Of a stretch of 64,000 bases of DNA, positions 63,124 through 64,000 are shown piece by piece. Within the stretch, counting starts at the first letter, position 1; each line of letters starts with the position of its first letter. The notes beneath the pieces are model-generated. The model ran no database searches, had not been told where the DNA came from, and worked only from the letters and a program-made list of their open reading frames with translations. This DNA comes from an uncultured Spirochaetota bacterium. Lineage in GTDB: Bacteria > Spirochaetota > Brevinematia > Brevinematales > JAOACQ01. The stretch covers positions 1 to 64,000 of the forward strand of contig CAVYGN010000002.1 in assembly GCA_963768055.1 (NCBI GenBank), in the 5' to 3' direction. The position numbers and the translations under genes are program-made.

Positions 63124-64000
63124 TGCCGAACCCTCTTACGGCTATTACCGATGACACAAATCTCATCGACGATAATCACGGACACCTCTTTTGATGCTAT
63201 TTCCTGTGCAATAGCTTCTTTTAATTCGATCTTTTTATAAGCATTTACCCTCTTTACACGTTTTACGCCAAGGCCCCTGACCAGCGATTCGAGGTCAACG
63301 GACTGTTCGGTACCGATATTCGGCTGATGCCCTGTCATGGCTGTAATATGGTTGTCAAGAATAATAAGGGTAATGGGAGTGGAGTTATAAACGGCATTAA
63401 TGAGGCCTGTCATTCCCGAATGATAAAACGTCGAATCTCCGATCACCGCTGCGGATACGATATCGCGGCCTGCGAGCCTGGCGGCCTTTTTAAAACCGGT
63501 TTCGCCTCCGACGCTGGCCCCCATGCAAACTGTTGTATCCATGGCGTTATACGGCGGAAGGGCCCCGAGAGTATAACAACCGATATCTCCCAGCACCGTC
63601 GCTTTCAATTCGGAAAGCACTTCGAACACAGGTATGTGCCCGCAGCCCTTGCACATCACCGGGGGCCTCGCCGCTAATTTCAAGCCGTATTCATCAGGGA
63701 TCCGCACACCTTTCATATTAAAGGCCCTTTTTATCGTTTCAGTGAACAATTCTCCGGCCGATGGTATTATCTCTTTCCCTGTTACTTTTATTCCGCAGGC
63801 CCTGATCTCTTCCTCGATGACCGGATCGAGTTCTTCTACAACGTATAGTTTTTTAACCGATGAGGCGAATTCCCTGATTTTATCGAGTGGAAGGGGATAC
63901 ATGGAGATTTTCATCACGCTTGCTTCAGGCAGCGCCTCTTTAACGTAATGATAGATAAGTCCATGGGTAATTATTCCGATATCCCTGTTTAAAAATTCAA
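63120..64000 (-). CDS. iorA: Indolepyruvate oxidoreductase alpha subunit (5' part outside the window)
   Basis: VVEELDP, RPPVMCKGCGH, GDIGCY, GDSTFYHSG and DNHITAMTGHQP motifs. Confidence 0.92.
   Translation of the reverse strand, partial: EFLNRDIGIITHGLIYHYVKEALPEASVMKISMYPLPLDKIREFASSVKKLYVVEELDPVIEEEIRACGIKVTGKEIIPSAGELFTETIKRAFNMKGVRIPDEYGLKLAARPPVMCKGCGHIPVFEVLSELKATVLGDIGCYTLGALPPYNAMDTTVCMGASVGGETGFKKAARLAGRDIVSAAVIGDSTFYHSGMTGLINAVYNSTPITLIILDNHITAMTGHQPNIGTEQSVDLESLVRGLGVKRVKRVNAYKKIELKEAIAQEIASKEVSVIIVDEICVIGNSRKRVRQ

Overview
Bacterial chromosome segment from a diderm organism (lnt and many lipoproteins); I cannot fix the taxon from sequence alone. The right half (about 29.9-64 kb) is mostly housekeeping: pyrK, msrAB, trpF, a type II topoisomerase B subunit, rpmB, purA, lnt with a GldAFG-like ABC transporter, pnp-rpsO-ribF-murJ-dapA, two archaeal-type purP-like genes (one frameshifted by a 16-bp duplication), lysA, fapR-fabH, a GH5, folK and iorAB. 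The left half is AT-richer accessory DNA downstream of a minus-strand tRNA-Ser(TGA) at 29819-29903. The main discovery is that the 3' end of this tRNA recurs four more times (10291, 14395, 18156, 22820), dividing about 19.5 kb into a tandem array of integrase-less cargo cassettes. Cassette ends carry 11-bp-period arm-type repeats of two families (ACTGGCA and CGTAATCA) that switch exactly at the tRNA-end copies. Cargo is: GH43/ankyrin/glycosyltransferase; Fic with a convergent putative antitoxin plus a primase-helicase; a MerR aldehyde-stress operon; and two membrane-anchored TIR repeat 'receptors' next to a TPR/SLOG-like/class III cyclase protein. Further left, an IS21 element without target duplication sits between truncated HU and PIN genes. 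At 1-5.3 kb three promoters share a phased triplet of 17-bp boxes around a membrane-bound LuxR regulator.
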